Positions 1-11,528 of a stretch of 64,000 nt of DNA are shown here, piece by piece; position 1 is the stretch's first letter; every line of letters begins with the position of its first letter. The stretch is from Rhodosorus marinus CCMP1338 (lineage: Eukaryota > Plantae > Rhodophyta): assembly GCA_029953675.1 (NCBI GenBank), contig JAMWBK010000002.1:2790001-2854000 (forward strand). The letters are read 5' to 3'. Below the pieces are notes generated by a model that ran no database searches, was not told the DNA's origin, and saw nothing but the letters and a program-made list of their open reading frames with translations. The position numbers were made by a program, and so were the translations under genes.

Positions 1-195
1 TATACTCCTAGCCAGTACCGCTGCCAAAGCCGCGAATCCTACTGCTGCTCCGACTGCAGGTGCGGGCATTACCATATCCACTCTCCCGGATCTACTAGAA
101 AAATTCCTTACATACCTCCTTCTCACATCAGGAAGAGCCTGTCTCCTTGACGATCCTAGCCCCACACTCCCCCCAACAAAGCAAACCGCTGACAT
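1..195 (-). CDS. 5' part of a gene running off the left edge; probable plastid-targeted membrane protein
   Basis: Open frame from ATG at 195 to position 1 (65 codons): MSAVCFVGGSVGLGSSRRQALPDVRRRYVRNFSSRSGRVDMVMPAPAVGAAVGFAALAAVLARSI. Ser/Arg-rich transit-like N-terminus with the FV motif, then a hydrophobic helix. Absent from the ORF track because it has no stop in the window. Confidence 0.6.
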   Translation of the reverse strand, partial: MSAVCFVGGSVGLGSSRRQALPDVRRRYVRNFSSRSGRVDMVMPAPAVGAAVGFAALAAVLARSI

Positions 196-3179
196 CGTTC
201 CTCGACGAACACACCCACAGGCAGCCCTTGCCAAACTCGGAGAAACTGCCAGGCCCTCGTCCTACCAAACCATCCGACCCGCGGTCTAAACTCACGGTCC
301 ACTCTCCTCCCACTAGAACTGTGGATTCTCCCCTTTAACTTTTATAAGAGCAAAAAAAAACAACAGCGATAGTTTGACTTCAATAACCGGGACCAACCTC
401 GGCATTAAGCGCTGGTTCCGTTGCCATCCATTTCACACCCCCCTCAGCAAATGCACCTATTGAAAGAAAATTTGTGGCCATCAGCTTCTTACGCGATCGA
501 CCTATTGAAATTCTGTTAAAGATATTCTTCTGAAATAAAACAATTCTTTTTAGTATTCTTTTATACAGTAAAATATTGTATATATGATGAAGAAAACGAT
601 GTTGATTAGTTGTCGTCGGGGCGCGATGATTTCCAGGGTTTCAATCGGTATTGAATTCCTCCATTTTTCGGAGGGCTGTTTTTAGTACCAGCATTGTGTG
701 TCAGGAGGTCCAAGAGATAGGCACCAACAGGGCACTGGACTTCCGGAGGAGCTAGACGCCACGGGGGGTCTGCCATGACGACCTCTGCGGTTCATTTTTA
801 ATCACTACAGGATATGTGTGACTGCTGATCTTCATGGAGAGGGTGCAGCTGGGTGAGGCTGTATGCAGTTAGGAAGAAACGAGATACGAAGCTGTTCCCA
901 GAGCATGTCAATTTATGGAAAGGCAGATTAAGGCGGTGGTAAGGAGACTACACGGACGGCGGTGGTGGCTATATAAACATGAAGAGATATAAGAAAGCGA
1001 AGGGGACTGTACGGGATCCTACGGCACCAGCAAATCGTAGCGCCAATCAGTTGGCGCAGAGCCTTGTTGTAGTCACCCCGAGGCTGAGGTCGACTCTCTC
1101 TGAGCGTGGATTGCCTGGTTTGTCTGGTTTGCTTTTGGCCGGAAGCAATCCCAGCTCTGCAGAAGTTCATAAACAATACACCCCGGAAAGTTTTGGAATG
1201 GAAAATCTGGCATGAATTGATTTCAGGCAACCGACCAAGGGATTTTTTAGATGCAAACTTTCCGATCAATAAGTCACGACGTTAAAGTCAGTGAAAAACT
1301 CACGAAGCTGCACGGTAGGGTTACTCAAGGGGTCCTTATGGAGAACAGGGAGAACCTGACGCACTGGGTGTTTGTTGTGTGATGACGAATCGCTTCATGA
1401 CAGTGAGATGTGCCATGATACCCGAGGAGGAGGCCTACTCAGGGTATGCAGATCGATGTAGGCCGTAGTGCAGAGTCTCTGGTTCGGGCTACTGAGTTTA
1501 ACACCTAATCTCAATGCCAACAAGTACGTTGTAGAACCCTGTCAGACTCAGATCGAGCAAAAGGGTGGCGGACTTTGGAAGGCATGGTGTAGCCCCTTGT
1601 AAACTTATTTCTCCTGCGACAGAACGCGATTGTCACACATTGCGGTGGTGTGTGCTCAGGTGGACATGCCCATGTAGCATCTATCCACCAAATCGAGCTG
1701 AAAGAAGCTCACAGATATTCAGAAGAAGCGTGCCATATGTAGCAAGCACAGCCGGCAACTGGCAGCTCAATAATTCGTTCCCCAATAGGGGCATTCAATT
1801 TTTCTTCATCATACGAATGAGCTTTGATATAGTTTATTTTAACTCAAAGACTAGTTTACTACCTGGGGGCCTCCTCTTCATGAATATACAAAATACATTT
1901 GGATATTTTCCATGCCCCAATATATCCGAAACGTGCCCGGAGATCGATGGATACCCATCAAAATTTTTAGTATCGCCGGAGGGCGTTAAACTCAGTGGGG
2001 CATGCCCGATGCTACTTTCTTGCCACCTCAAATAGACGTACTAATATTTGTACTACGCTTACGGTCGGATGAAAGGTGACAACCCTATCAAACTAGTCTG
2101 ATCTGATTCGTCCTCCTCAGGATCTTTTTCTAATTGATCTGAATTGTTCTTGAATTCCGCTCAAAAAAGAGAGGCCACTTGTCCTAGGACATGCACAAAA
2201 GATGAAACCCATGAACGGCACCAAATCGCAGTTACCACCGAAGCAAAAAAATCTCCGAGAAGTCAATTGTAGAAACTCGTTCAGGAGCTGGTGTAGTGGA
2301 GGCTTTTCCCCAATATTGATTGATATCAATCAGAATGTTTTTGCTGGACAACTGTGACCGTGGAAAGGATTTTCAATTGACGGGTGAAGAAGCACCATTA
2401 ACTTTCGAAATTCAAGGTTTGAGCGAGTTGCTTTCGGAATGCCACGGGTACTGTTGTAGCAGAAATTGTTGAAGGTCAATCAATACGTGGACGTCGATTG
2501 GGACTAAACCAGAGTTAAAAAAAGTTTCATTCAATTAAATAAAAGAAGAATCAGAACTGCTTGTGTAGTAGACTGACCGACGGGCCATTTGCGACAACAA
2601 AACTAATGGTGTAGCAACATGGCTCGTTTTGGTCTGATTGTAGGAAACCAATAGGGGGTAGGGTCGATATCTTCCGCTTACTTTGTTCTCGCTCTATCCG
2701 TTTAATTATTATTTTATTCAATAAAGTTTGCATACAACCCCTCGAAGCATACTTTACTCCTTTCTTGTAATAGAGAGCCTCCGCCCCTCCCGTAAAAATC
2801 TCTTGGGACGGCCGTGTTAGTTTTTCCAAAAGTTTTCGAAAACATGCCAATGATTGGTACAAACATTTGAGGGCTTTCACCGCTTCGCATCTCGGAGGCT
2901 GTGCTGGGATCTCTATGAATGGAAAAAACAAGATCAAAGAACGGAAAATATTTGAACCATTCTGGTTATTATGGAATCCGGCATTTTTGAGGTATTTTCG
3001 TAGCAGGTCACCGAAGCCTATTGACCTTGACTTGGCTGCTTTAAATGAAACGTTCTATCTCCGTTGGGCTCGTTGGACCGTTATGTGGGGGTGAGGGTTT
3101 GTAGCGGCGTGTGGAAATTTCTTTTCAGAATTCCTTTTCTAATTGTATTGGTTCTCTCGCCGGAAAGAATCTGATCGGG

Positions 3180-4628
3180 ATGGTGGGATTCGTGAGCGTT
3201 AGTGCCGGGGTTGGGACCAAGCAGTTTGCTGGGGAGGCGATATGCCAGCGTCGAGATGGAGCTCCCCGCGCCGCACACCGTGTCTTGGTCATGAAGCAGA
3301 GCGGTGGCAATGGGCAGCCGAAGAAGCAGAAGGTTGTTACTGCCGGTAAGGTAAGCGTGATCGGATTGAGTCACCATACCGCAACCGTTGAGGTTCGTGA
3401 AAAGCTTGCGGTGCCTGAGGCTGACTGGCAGTCGGTTGCAAGGGATATGTGCGAATTGGATGGGGTGTCTGAGGCTGCGGTTCTCTCAACCTGTAATCGG
3501 TTTGAAGTTTACTTTGTTGCCGAGGATTCCCACAAAGGCATTTTCGAGGTCAGCAACTTCCTTTCGAGGAGGAGCGGGGTGCCCGTGGTAGAACTGCGAA
3601 AGTTTCTCTTCTTATTGACTGAGGAGGATTGCATCTGGCATATGTTGAGGGTTTCTGCCGGGCTGGACTCGCTTGTTGTTGGTGAGGGCCAAATCCTCTC
3701 CCAAGTTCGTCGATGTTACGAGCTCGCAACTGAATCGGATGGAGCAGCCGGAAAAGTTCTTGGCAAATTCCTTAACACAGCAGTGGCGGCTGGAAAGAGG
3801 GCGCGGTCCGAGACCGATATAGCGCGCGGTGCTGTGTCCATTTCATCCGCAGCAGTGGAGCTTGCGGAAATGAAGTCTATGCCTGACCTGAACAAGCATC
3901 TCAGAGAAACAAAGATTTGCATTCTTGGAGCGGGTAAAATGTCTAGGTTGCTTGTTCAGCATTTGCTTTCTCGAGAGGTCACCTCGATCACGATAGTAAA
4001 TAGGTCATTGGAGAGGGCAGAAGACCTTGCGAGAATGTTCCCCGACGCTCCTATTCAGCTGCGGACAATGGGAAAGATGCTTGAGTGCATTGAGCAGAGT
4101 GACATCACTTTTGCTTCAACTGGCTCGCAGGAACCAATCCTTTTCAAGGAAAACCTGGCCCCGGTTGCGGGTGACGAGAAGAAAGTTCTCATTGACATAT
4201 CTGTTCCTTTGAACGTCGCCGGTGATGTTTCGGAGATCGAAAGCATTGCAGCGTACAACGTGGATGATCTGAAGGCTGTGGTCGCGAAAAATCAGGCTAA
4301 GAGAAGAGCGCTGATTATTGACGCAGAGAATCTGCTGAGAGAAGAGCAGAAAACTTTCTCCAGCTGGTTGCATTCAATCGGTACTGTACCATACATTACG
4401 AGACTACAGACTAGAGCCGAGACTATCAGAGCAGAAGAACTGGATCGTGTCATGGGCAAACTGTCGAACTTGAACAAGTCGGAACTCCTTGCAGTCGAAA
4501 AGCTGTCGAAAGGAATTGTCAACAAGATGCTTCACGGGCCCATGTCTCATATCAAGGAGCTTGTTGACGTAGAGGAACGCAAGCTAGTCTTGAAGAATCT
4601 CGAGGCGATGTTCAAGCTGGGCGCTTAG
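3180..4628 (+). CDS. hemA: Glutamyl-tRNA reductase, plastid-targeted, intronless
   Basis: Motifs VIGLSHHTA, AAVLSTCNRFEVY, GLDSLVVGEGQILSQV, ILGAGKM, VNRS, DISVP and YNVDDL. Start placed at MVGFV (3180), in frame with ORF 3111..4628 and followed by a transit-like peptide. Confidence 0.97.
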   Translation: MVGFVSVSAGVGTKQFAGEAICQRRDGAPRAAHRVLVMKQSGGNGQPKKQKVVTAGKVSVIGLSHHTATVEVREKLAVPEADWQSVARDMCELDGVSEAAVLSTCNRFEVYFVAEDSHKGIFEVSNFLSRRSGVPVVELRKFLFLLTEEDCIWHMLRVSAGLDSLVVGEGQILSQVRRCYELATESDGAAGKVLGKFLNTAVAAGKRARSETDIARGAVSISSAAVELAEMKSMPDLNKHLRETKICILGAGKMSRLLVQHLLSREVTSITIVNRSLERAEDLARMFPDAPIQLRTMGKMLECIEQSDITFASTGSQEPILFKENLAPVAGDEKKVLIDISVPLNVAGDVSEIESIAAYNVDDLKAVVAKNQAKRRALIIDAENLLREEQKTFSSWLHSIGTVPYITRLQTRAETIRAEELDRVMGKLSNLNKSELLAVEKLSKGIVNKMLHGPMSHIKELVDVEERKLVLKNLEAMFKLGA

Positions 4629-5349
4629 GTATCACAGCCCTGTGTCCTGAATGTATGTATGCAGTGTGTTTTTTTTCACTTTGTAATAGTTCGTAACTGC
4701 GAGATGCAGTTTGTGTGAGAATAAAAATTTCAAATATTTGATTCAAACAGTGCGTTCCCTGTTGCCCTACTCAGCAGAGAATTTTGTTTTTGTAGAGTAT
4801 TGGGAATGAAGTAGTTTAACATACGAAGCCTGAACATGGAGCTAAACATTTGACAACCACACTGGAATTTACTGGGAACGCCTGTTTTCTGTTCTGCTTT
4901 GAAGTCTTTAGTGCCCAGATTGTGGTTGCGAGTAGCGAACCGTTGTTCTCTCTAGTAGTTGCCAGAGCCCGGCTTGGTGGAGTATACGGACGATGTCGGT
5001 GCATAGTAGCCTCAGGCAGTCTATTTTGACTGTCAAACTGATTGGTCTCTCGACTAGTGGTGAACCAGCCGCTTGAAGAGTTGTGCCAATCTGTAGTTTT
5101 AGCATAGCTCATCCAAAGCCTTGGCTCGTGAGAAAACAGGTGAACAAGTCTTGACGAATGTGAGCCAGCACTTCTCATTGATAGACTAGATTTGAGTTAA
5201 TTCTCTGGCTGATGTTGAAAGCAGTGCACAGGAGAATTCTTTTACCCTGAGTCTGGATACATCGTTGTCCGACCAATATGAGCAGTAGACGTGGCTGAAG
5301 GTCTAGGGGGGTCCGGCTTGAGGTTTTGAGTCGAACTGTTGTTGTCTCG

Positions 5350-5964
5350 TTGTGTTTTTGCGCTGGCTAGAGTACTACCAACACTGGTACTGGTACCAGT
5401 CGATCATGGAAGGCAATTCAAACTGGTTCAGGCAGATAAGCGAGAACCATGTGTCTCTGATTCACGACTCCCGTGTGGTGATACCATTTTCTGGGATGAC
5501 TCGGAAGCGCCGAGCCACGTATCTTTTCTCTCAACCTGCTTGTCCTGAGTCCCTGTATTTCATTACAAGATTTATCCGCTTCTTCTCACAGAGTGGAAAT
5601 TGGCAGCAACCGCTCTATTGAAAAATAAAACTACCGTTCACATGCTTCTCTCCGGACGGCACTGGAAGCGATGTGGCTGATGTTCTCCAACTATGATGTC
5701 TCTCTTCATGACCACGACTGGACCCCTACTCTATGGAATGCAATAATCCTGCTCCACTAGCAGAAGATGATCCGGAGGGAGTTCCTTTACGACGCAATGT
5801 ATCCCACCAGAACCCTAAACATGCTCCTTTTCAACATGAAAAAAAGTTTCTGGAGACGTGTTTTGGTTTCCGTCTGCCCGGGCTGCTCAGCCGTTATCGT
5901 GGATGCGAACAACAATCACTTATATAACCTTTACGGCGCGACTGCAATGCCGGACAACTCCTGA
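5350..5964 (+). pseudogene. Decayed coding relic, possibly a Cys-rich (CxC/KDZ-like) transposase fragment
   Basis: Protein-like text broken by stops and frameshifts: CGDTIFWD / YLFSQPACPESLYFITRFIRFF / SLRTALEAMWLMFSNY...LLH*QKMIRREFLYDAM...VCPGCSAVIVDAN. The family is only a guess from the CPxC..VIxD pattern. Confidence 0.25.
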
Positions 5965-6476
5965 TTTGAAGGATCTGAAAAAAAGGAAGAAAAGTAGAAC
6001 AACTAAAAATTTATTCCGAAGAAACAGTTCCATATCACACGTGGATGAATTTTTAGTCAATCTCCATTGGTCTATTACCAATGAATTGCTTAGAAATAAT
6101 ATTATGTATTTAGAATAATTCGTTTTTGTCTTCTTCCGGAGCGAGCCCAACAAGATGAAAAAGGGTGTCTCCTGCGTGTACGCACATGAATGGCTTCTTT
6201 TCAGGCATTTCTGAAAGGCAACAGCTATTTAAAAAATAGAGAAATTCTATTTTCTGGTTCCGAGATGTGCAAAATGGAAACGGAGGGCCGCGGGGTTTGG
6301 AGCGTGAATATATATTTTCTTTTATTTCTTTACGAGAAATTACGACAGGCGAATTCTGATCAATTCTGAAAGGAAACAAATAGGAATAGCAGACATGTTC
6401 TGATTGTTCTTTTCTAACCTTTTCATTTCATCGAAGGGGCTAAAAACAATATTTATCTGTTTGAGATTTGGGGGTA

Positions 6477-6513
6477 CTAGGCCTGGAATAAGATAAGCCG
6501 TGAGGCTTATCTT
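6477..6513 (-). mobile_element. Candidate Helitron 3' terminus (hairpin + CTAG)
   Basis: Perfect 10-bp stem AAGATAAGCC/GGCTTATCTT (6490-6499 / 6504-6513) with a 4-nt loop. On the minus strand it is followed by 9 nt, then CTAG (6480-6477), then T. Confidence 0.4.
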
Positions 6514-8278
6514 TTTGGGAGATGGGGAGGGGGGGGTTTTGTGTTGTATTCGGATGGGGAAAAAAAAATCAACTTAGTTTGTTCGGCTTCGTTGAATTAT
6601 GGTATAAAATGAAGAGGCATAAGCGGAAAAATGAAGAAGAAAAATCCTGGAGATACAATCTATATGATGGTAAGTGTATTTGTATTGGTTAATTAACATG
6701 TAAATGCTTGGGCACCCAACACCCCTTAGGAGGAAAAAAATCCTCAACCATTGTTTCCTCGCATGAACCGTATTTTTGAGGATGGATCTTTCTTGGAGAA
6801 TTGCTTGCAAGCCAATTCGCATTACGGTGGGCAGGAGCCGAGAAGCTGCTTTGCTCATTTCACAGTATTTTATATCCGCTTTCATAATCTTACCGCAACT
6901 CTGCACATACACCCTACCACACTACACACCCAACCCCCCCCCCAAAAAAAAAAAATCCCCAACCAACGAAATGGAACAGGTGTTACCTGCTGTTGAAGAA
7001 AAGTTAAGTCACTTCAACGTAGATACGAAACCAAAAAAAAAACCTAACGCAAAGGGCAGCGGATAAGATTGGCCAAGATCAGTTTTAATCCCAAACTCCT
7101 CCAATTTTCATTCAGAAAATAGATGTAGGGGTCATGCAAAAAAAAATCCTGACTCTGTGAAATCAAGGTTTTCCAAGAAAATTCAGTGGGCAGATACAAA
7201 GAGTGGTCCAACACCTCTAGGTATCCACCCCCCTCATATAATGTTGATCACAAAATATCAATCAAAATATTTTCAAATATTATTAATAAAAAATTTATTC
7301 AATCATTTTGACTCAGTGAGGGTACTTAGAATGCTTGACTAGGTTTTCAATCGAGGCGAAAAGGAGGTTGGTGGGGGGGGGAGAATGTCGGGTGTTTCGT
7401 TGGAAGGTGGTTGGATTAGTTACGAAAGAGAGGGGGGTGCGAATTCGTACTAATTTGGGCCCACAAAATCAAGTGGCGATTAGTTTTTTTCGGGCTCAAG
7501 TGGATAGAATAACAAATATTCTTTTCTGAGAAGCCCAATGGATCCCTCAAAAAAAACATTTGATATTTTTGATATTTGTGAAAACTTACCCTGGGCGCTC
7601 TGTACTGGCTCTTTTAGTATCTTCGAGTGGAAACCCATTTACCAACCCCTCACGATATTCAAGTTGTACAGGAGACCGGTTTTCTGTTCCTAATCGACAA
7701 AAAAAGGAAGTAAATGGCGTTTGGCGAGGGGGTACGAATTTTTCGCCTTGTTCTCAAGTTGTGGGGGTGTGTGTCGTGGGGGGTTTGTTTTTTAGTTTTT
7801 CGTCAGGAGTGTTATGGTCGGGTCAAAATCGCCCAAGGGGGAGCAGTGACTATTGGGTTTTATGGTTTTGGTTTTGTTTGGTTTGGGGTGGGGTAAGAGT
7901 GGAGGTCGGTTGCCAGGTCGGGATTCCTTGGAGGTGGGTTGGTTATCTGCTGACCTGAGAACTTGCGAGGGTGAAGAACTGGACAGCCAGGAGTTCAGGG
8001 ACAGTGAAGGTTAGGTGTTTCATAGGTATCTGGTTTAGAGGTGTATTCCTGCAACAAATGAAAGTGGTGTTCTGAGATTGCTGGTGTTGAATTGCGGGTT
8101 TTTGTGGATGTGGGTGGGGAGGAGATGTGGAGGTGAGTAGGGGTTTCTAGGTTGGAAACAAGTTGTATATTACGATCTTCGGGGTCGTGAAGAGAGTTGT
8201 GCTTCGAGGACGTGCTCGTTCGAGCAGAGGACTCGACTACGAGAGCTGTGCGAACCACAGCTTGTTGGGCGTGCATGG

Positions 8279-11200
8279 ATGGAGCAAACAGAAGAGACTA
8301 GTGCTTTCGTGGAGGATATCTTCGTTTCCGGTGGTATGGTGGTCCTCATTTGTTAGTTGCCTTTTTAACCACGGCGTGGAATTGCAGCTGATTGGTAACA
8401 CACGTTCCGTCATTTGTACAGGTAAAACCGTGCGCACTAGACGCACCCGAAGATCCTCCCGTCGTGCCTTTGCGAAGGAACCCCCTCCAAAGGAAGAAGA
8501 CGAGAAATCGAAGACGAAAATTAGCGCGGTTACTATCGAGGGAGTAAACATCAACGGGGATGAGCAAGTTGCTGATGACATCGACGAAGAGACGCTGGCT
8601 TTGAACCTCCGTGACCTGGAGGGCATAGAGGACCACAGCCCAAGAGCAGCAGAAGCTAGAAACTCGTCATCGGCGTTTGATTATGTAAGGGAAACTTCGA
8701 AGTCGAGGGTTTCCACTGGCAGCCTCGGTGTAAATGGTACTGCTTGCTCTTCACGGGGACTTGTCATGTGATGCCTTTTTTCTGATCAACCGCCCGGGCA
8801 AAAAATTTCCTTTGCTCCGATGTTACGGATTAGGGGCCTGGAGTAGACAGGCTGTACCGGAATTCGTTCCGCAAGGTCGCGAGCTTGACCTGTCTGCGAT
8901 AGTTCAGGGTCAGAGTTTGGATAGCACGAGAAAGGCAATACATAGGAGCAAAAGCGTACCCGCCAGTACCTTCGCCGCCCAATTAGGGAATGGCTTTGGC
9001 GGCCTTCCTGACACGAGGACAGCTCTCCCTGGAGGTTGTATAAGCGTAGCCTGGTCGTCGCTTAAATGACAGTGCTCCGAGGGCTAACCCCGAAGTGTCT
9101 TCTTTTCCTACTTCATATCCAGAAGATATGCATGGCACAGAAGGAGGCGATTGGCTCAAGTCGGCCGCAGAGCTTGCACTAGCTGCGAGCAATACCGAAC
9201 AGGCATCCAGGAGGTCTCTAGATGGGAGCATGCACTACGGTAGTGACGGGACGAACTTCGAACACGCGGAAAGTAGGTCCCACACTTCACAAGCCGAAAG
9301 TTTGGGTGTGTTTTTAGGACAGTTGGAGACCTAACCAGCCATACCCATCCAACCAGGTCCTTTCGGGCGCCCACATTCTTTCGGCAGTGGAGGTACCCCT
9401 GGAGATATTCCTGGTACATCGTTCGCCGGGCTGGCACAACGGAGCTACGGGATAGACCAAGATTCCACTCTGGCTTTTGCGCCGTACAATTGGCAATCAA
9501 TGAGTGGCTCGACGTCACCTCTGGGGGGGCTATCGAATCCAGCAGACGAAAGTCTTAGGCAAAGCGTAGCCATGCATCCAGATATGTAAGAAGTTTCACC
9601 AAGTCCTCGCTCCACGCGGGTTGAAGCGCAGGGAGTTTATTACGAAGCTAAGTTTCTTGTGCATTCGATGGGTTTGTGTAGTGCTCCGTATACCTCAAGC
9701 TCCAACCATTTTGGGGGGTCCGGCGCTGGGCAGCAACCAGCCCGTGGTATGCCCAATACTCCAAACCTTTTGTGTGGAAGCCTCCGGAGGATGGTTGTCA
9801 ACAACATCCCGCTGGACGCAGACATTGCTGTTCTTCGAAACGTCCTCATGAGCTATGGCGCCCATGACGATTTAGTCGTACACCGGTCTCCATTCTATAG
9901 CGGTCTGGCCGTGGTTGCAACGTTCATTGACCAGAGGAATGCAACCCTGGCCCTGAACCACCTGAACAGGTACACATTTTTCGGACGGTTCCTTGGGGTG
10001 ACACTGGAACCTGTTGAATCCACAGCTGGCCAGGAAGGAGGACACCTCCAGAGGTTTGGCCCCGCCAGTCCAGAGGCGGGAAGCAAGATGAGCTCAACTA
10101 GCGGCGCGCTCGTGGTAAGCAAAGAGCAAGTTTTTAGTAAGCTGATGAGTTTGTGCCTGACCTGTGTGGTGATCTCACGATTAGGTGATGAACTTCGAGT
10201 CTTCCCAAGTCGCCAGCAAAGTGAGACGAGCTCTTGGAGGTCAGGGGCATGGGAAAACAGTGGAGTTCTCTAACCCTGGCGACGCTGAGAAAGCACTGCG
10301 AATGCTGAATATGAGGAAGGGCGGAACGGACGGGGTCAGGCTTCACTATAATGGAGCAGGCGGGGTCAAGCATAATCAATTTGTGGTGCCACCCGGATTC
10401 AACCAGACCATTCAGAGCGGTCAGCCCGTCCCGGATTCAGTGGGTGGTAGTGCAGATCACGCCAATGGTGGTAAGTGAAATAGCGGCAGTGATTATGATT
10501 GTGTATTTGATGGATGCACAGTGTACCGGGCGGCCAAAGCGTTCGGTTGTTGTTCGTTGCTCCCATTTCGTCGGATCACTGACGCATGCTACAACCCTGC
10601 GCTTTGAATCTGCTCAGGACGTGCGGGCAAGACGCACTTGCAGCCCATGACTTCTTCCACGCAGCAACAGCCGACTTCCAGCCCATCGAATCAGCCCAGA
10701 TTCCATTTGGATATTGCAAGGGTCCTTAGTGGAGAGGAGACCAGGACCGCACTGATGATTCGAAACATTCCGAACAAGTACAATCAGAAGATGATGTTGC
10801 AGACGCTGGAGAACAATCACAAAGGCGTTTTTGACTTCTTCTATCTTCCGATAGACTTCAAGAACAAGTGTAATGTGGGGTGAGTTAAAAACTGCTTTCG
10901 CGACTCTATCAATGCTTGCTGTCCTGCTTTTTTTTTGGAGTGGGAATTATGGTTTTTGTTTGACGCTAACGGTGTGGTAACCCTTGTTAGGTATGCGTTT
11001 ATCAACTTCCGATCGCCTGTTCATATTGTGCCGTTCTTCGAGGAGTTTCATAGGCGAAAGTGGATGAAGTTCAATTCTGAGAAGGTCTGCGAGATTACTT
11101 TCGCGCGAATTCAAGGAAAGGCAAACCTCATTGCGCACTTCCAGAACTCGTCCCTCATGAATGAGGATCCCAAGTGCCGACCTGTGAGTTTGAGAATGAA

Positions 11201-11528
11201 CGCAAGATTGAGTGCGTGGAGTTTTCGGCTGTGGCATTGATAGCTAACCAGGGAAACCTTTGAATCGCAGATAATTTTTGGCGGGCATGGCGAGCAGGAA
11301 GAGTTCCCCATCGGGCCGCACGTGAGAACGAAACGAGGTCCAAGCGCGAGGGAAACCAAGGTAGAAACAGTGGGCACAACAGCAACGAGCCCAAGTTCTT
11401 CTGGTGCGTCGACAAGCAAAGGAAACGATTCGGCTGGCGGGCAAAGCCGTGAGCAAGGGATTTCTGGAGCTGAAAAGGAGGCCGACGAGGGCAGTTTCAC
11501 GATTTCGACTGCTTCAACGGATTCGTAG
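8279..11528 (+). CDS. mei2-like: Mei2-like RNA-binding protein (RRMs + C-terminal Mei2-type RRM), multi-exon
   Basis: The C-terminal RRM is diagnostic: [39 protein letters not shown]|[41 protein letters not shown]. Upstream [12 protein letters not shown]... Start inferred at [10 protein letters not shown], with an intron joining to GKTVRTRR. Internal exon boundaries are approximate. Confidence 0.93.

Noticed and set aside
1380-1500. C/D-box snoRNA (GTGATGA...CTGA with a short terminal stem)
   Set aside because: No recognisable rRNA-complementary guide, and it lies in decayed sequence where such short boxes arise by chance.
600-2940. Protein kinase or other gene from fragments such as LGHGKYPNVF
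   Set aside because: No HRD/DFG motifs, many stops and no consistent splice model. Probably a relic, but no call can be supported.
3111-3179. Longer HemA N-terminus from the GTG at 3111
   Set aside because: Eukaryotic gene; the first in-frame ATG (3180) gives a typical transit peptide.
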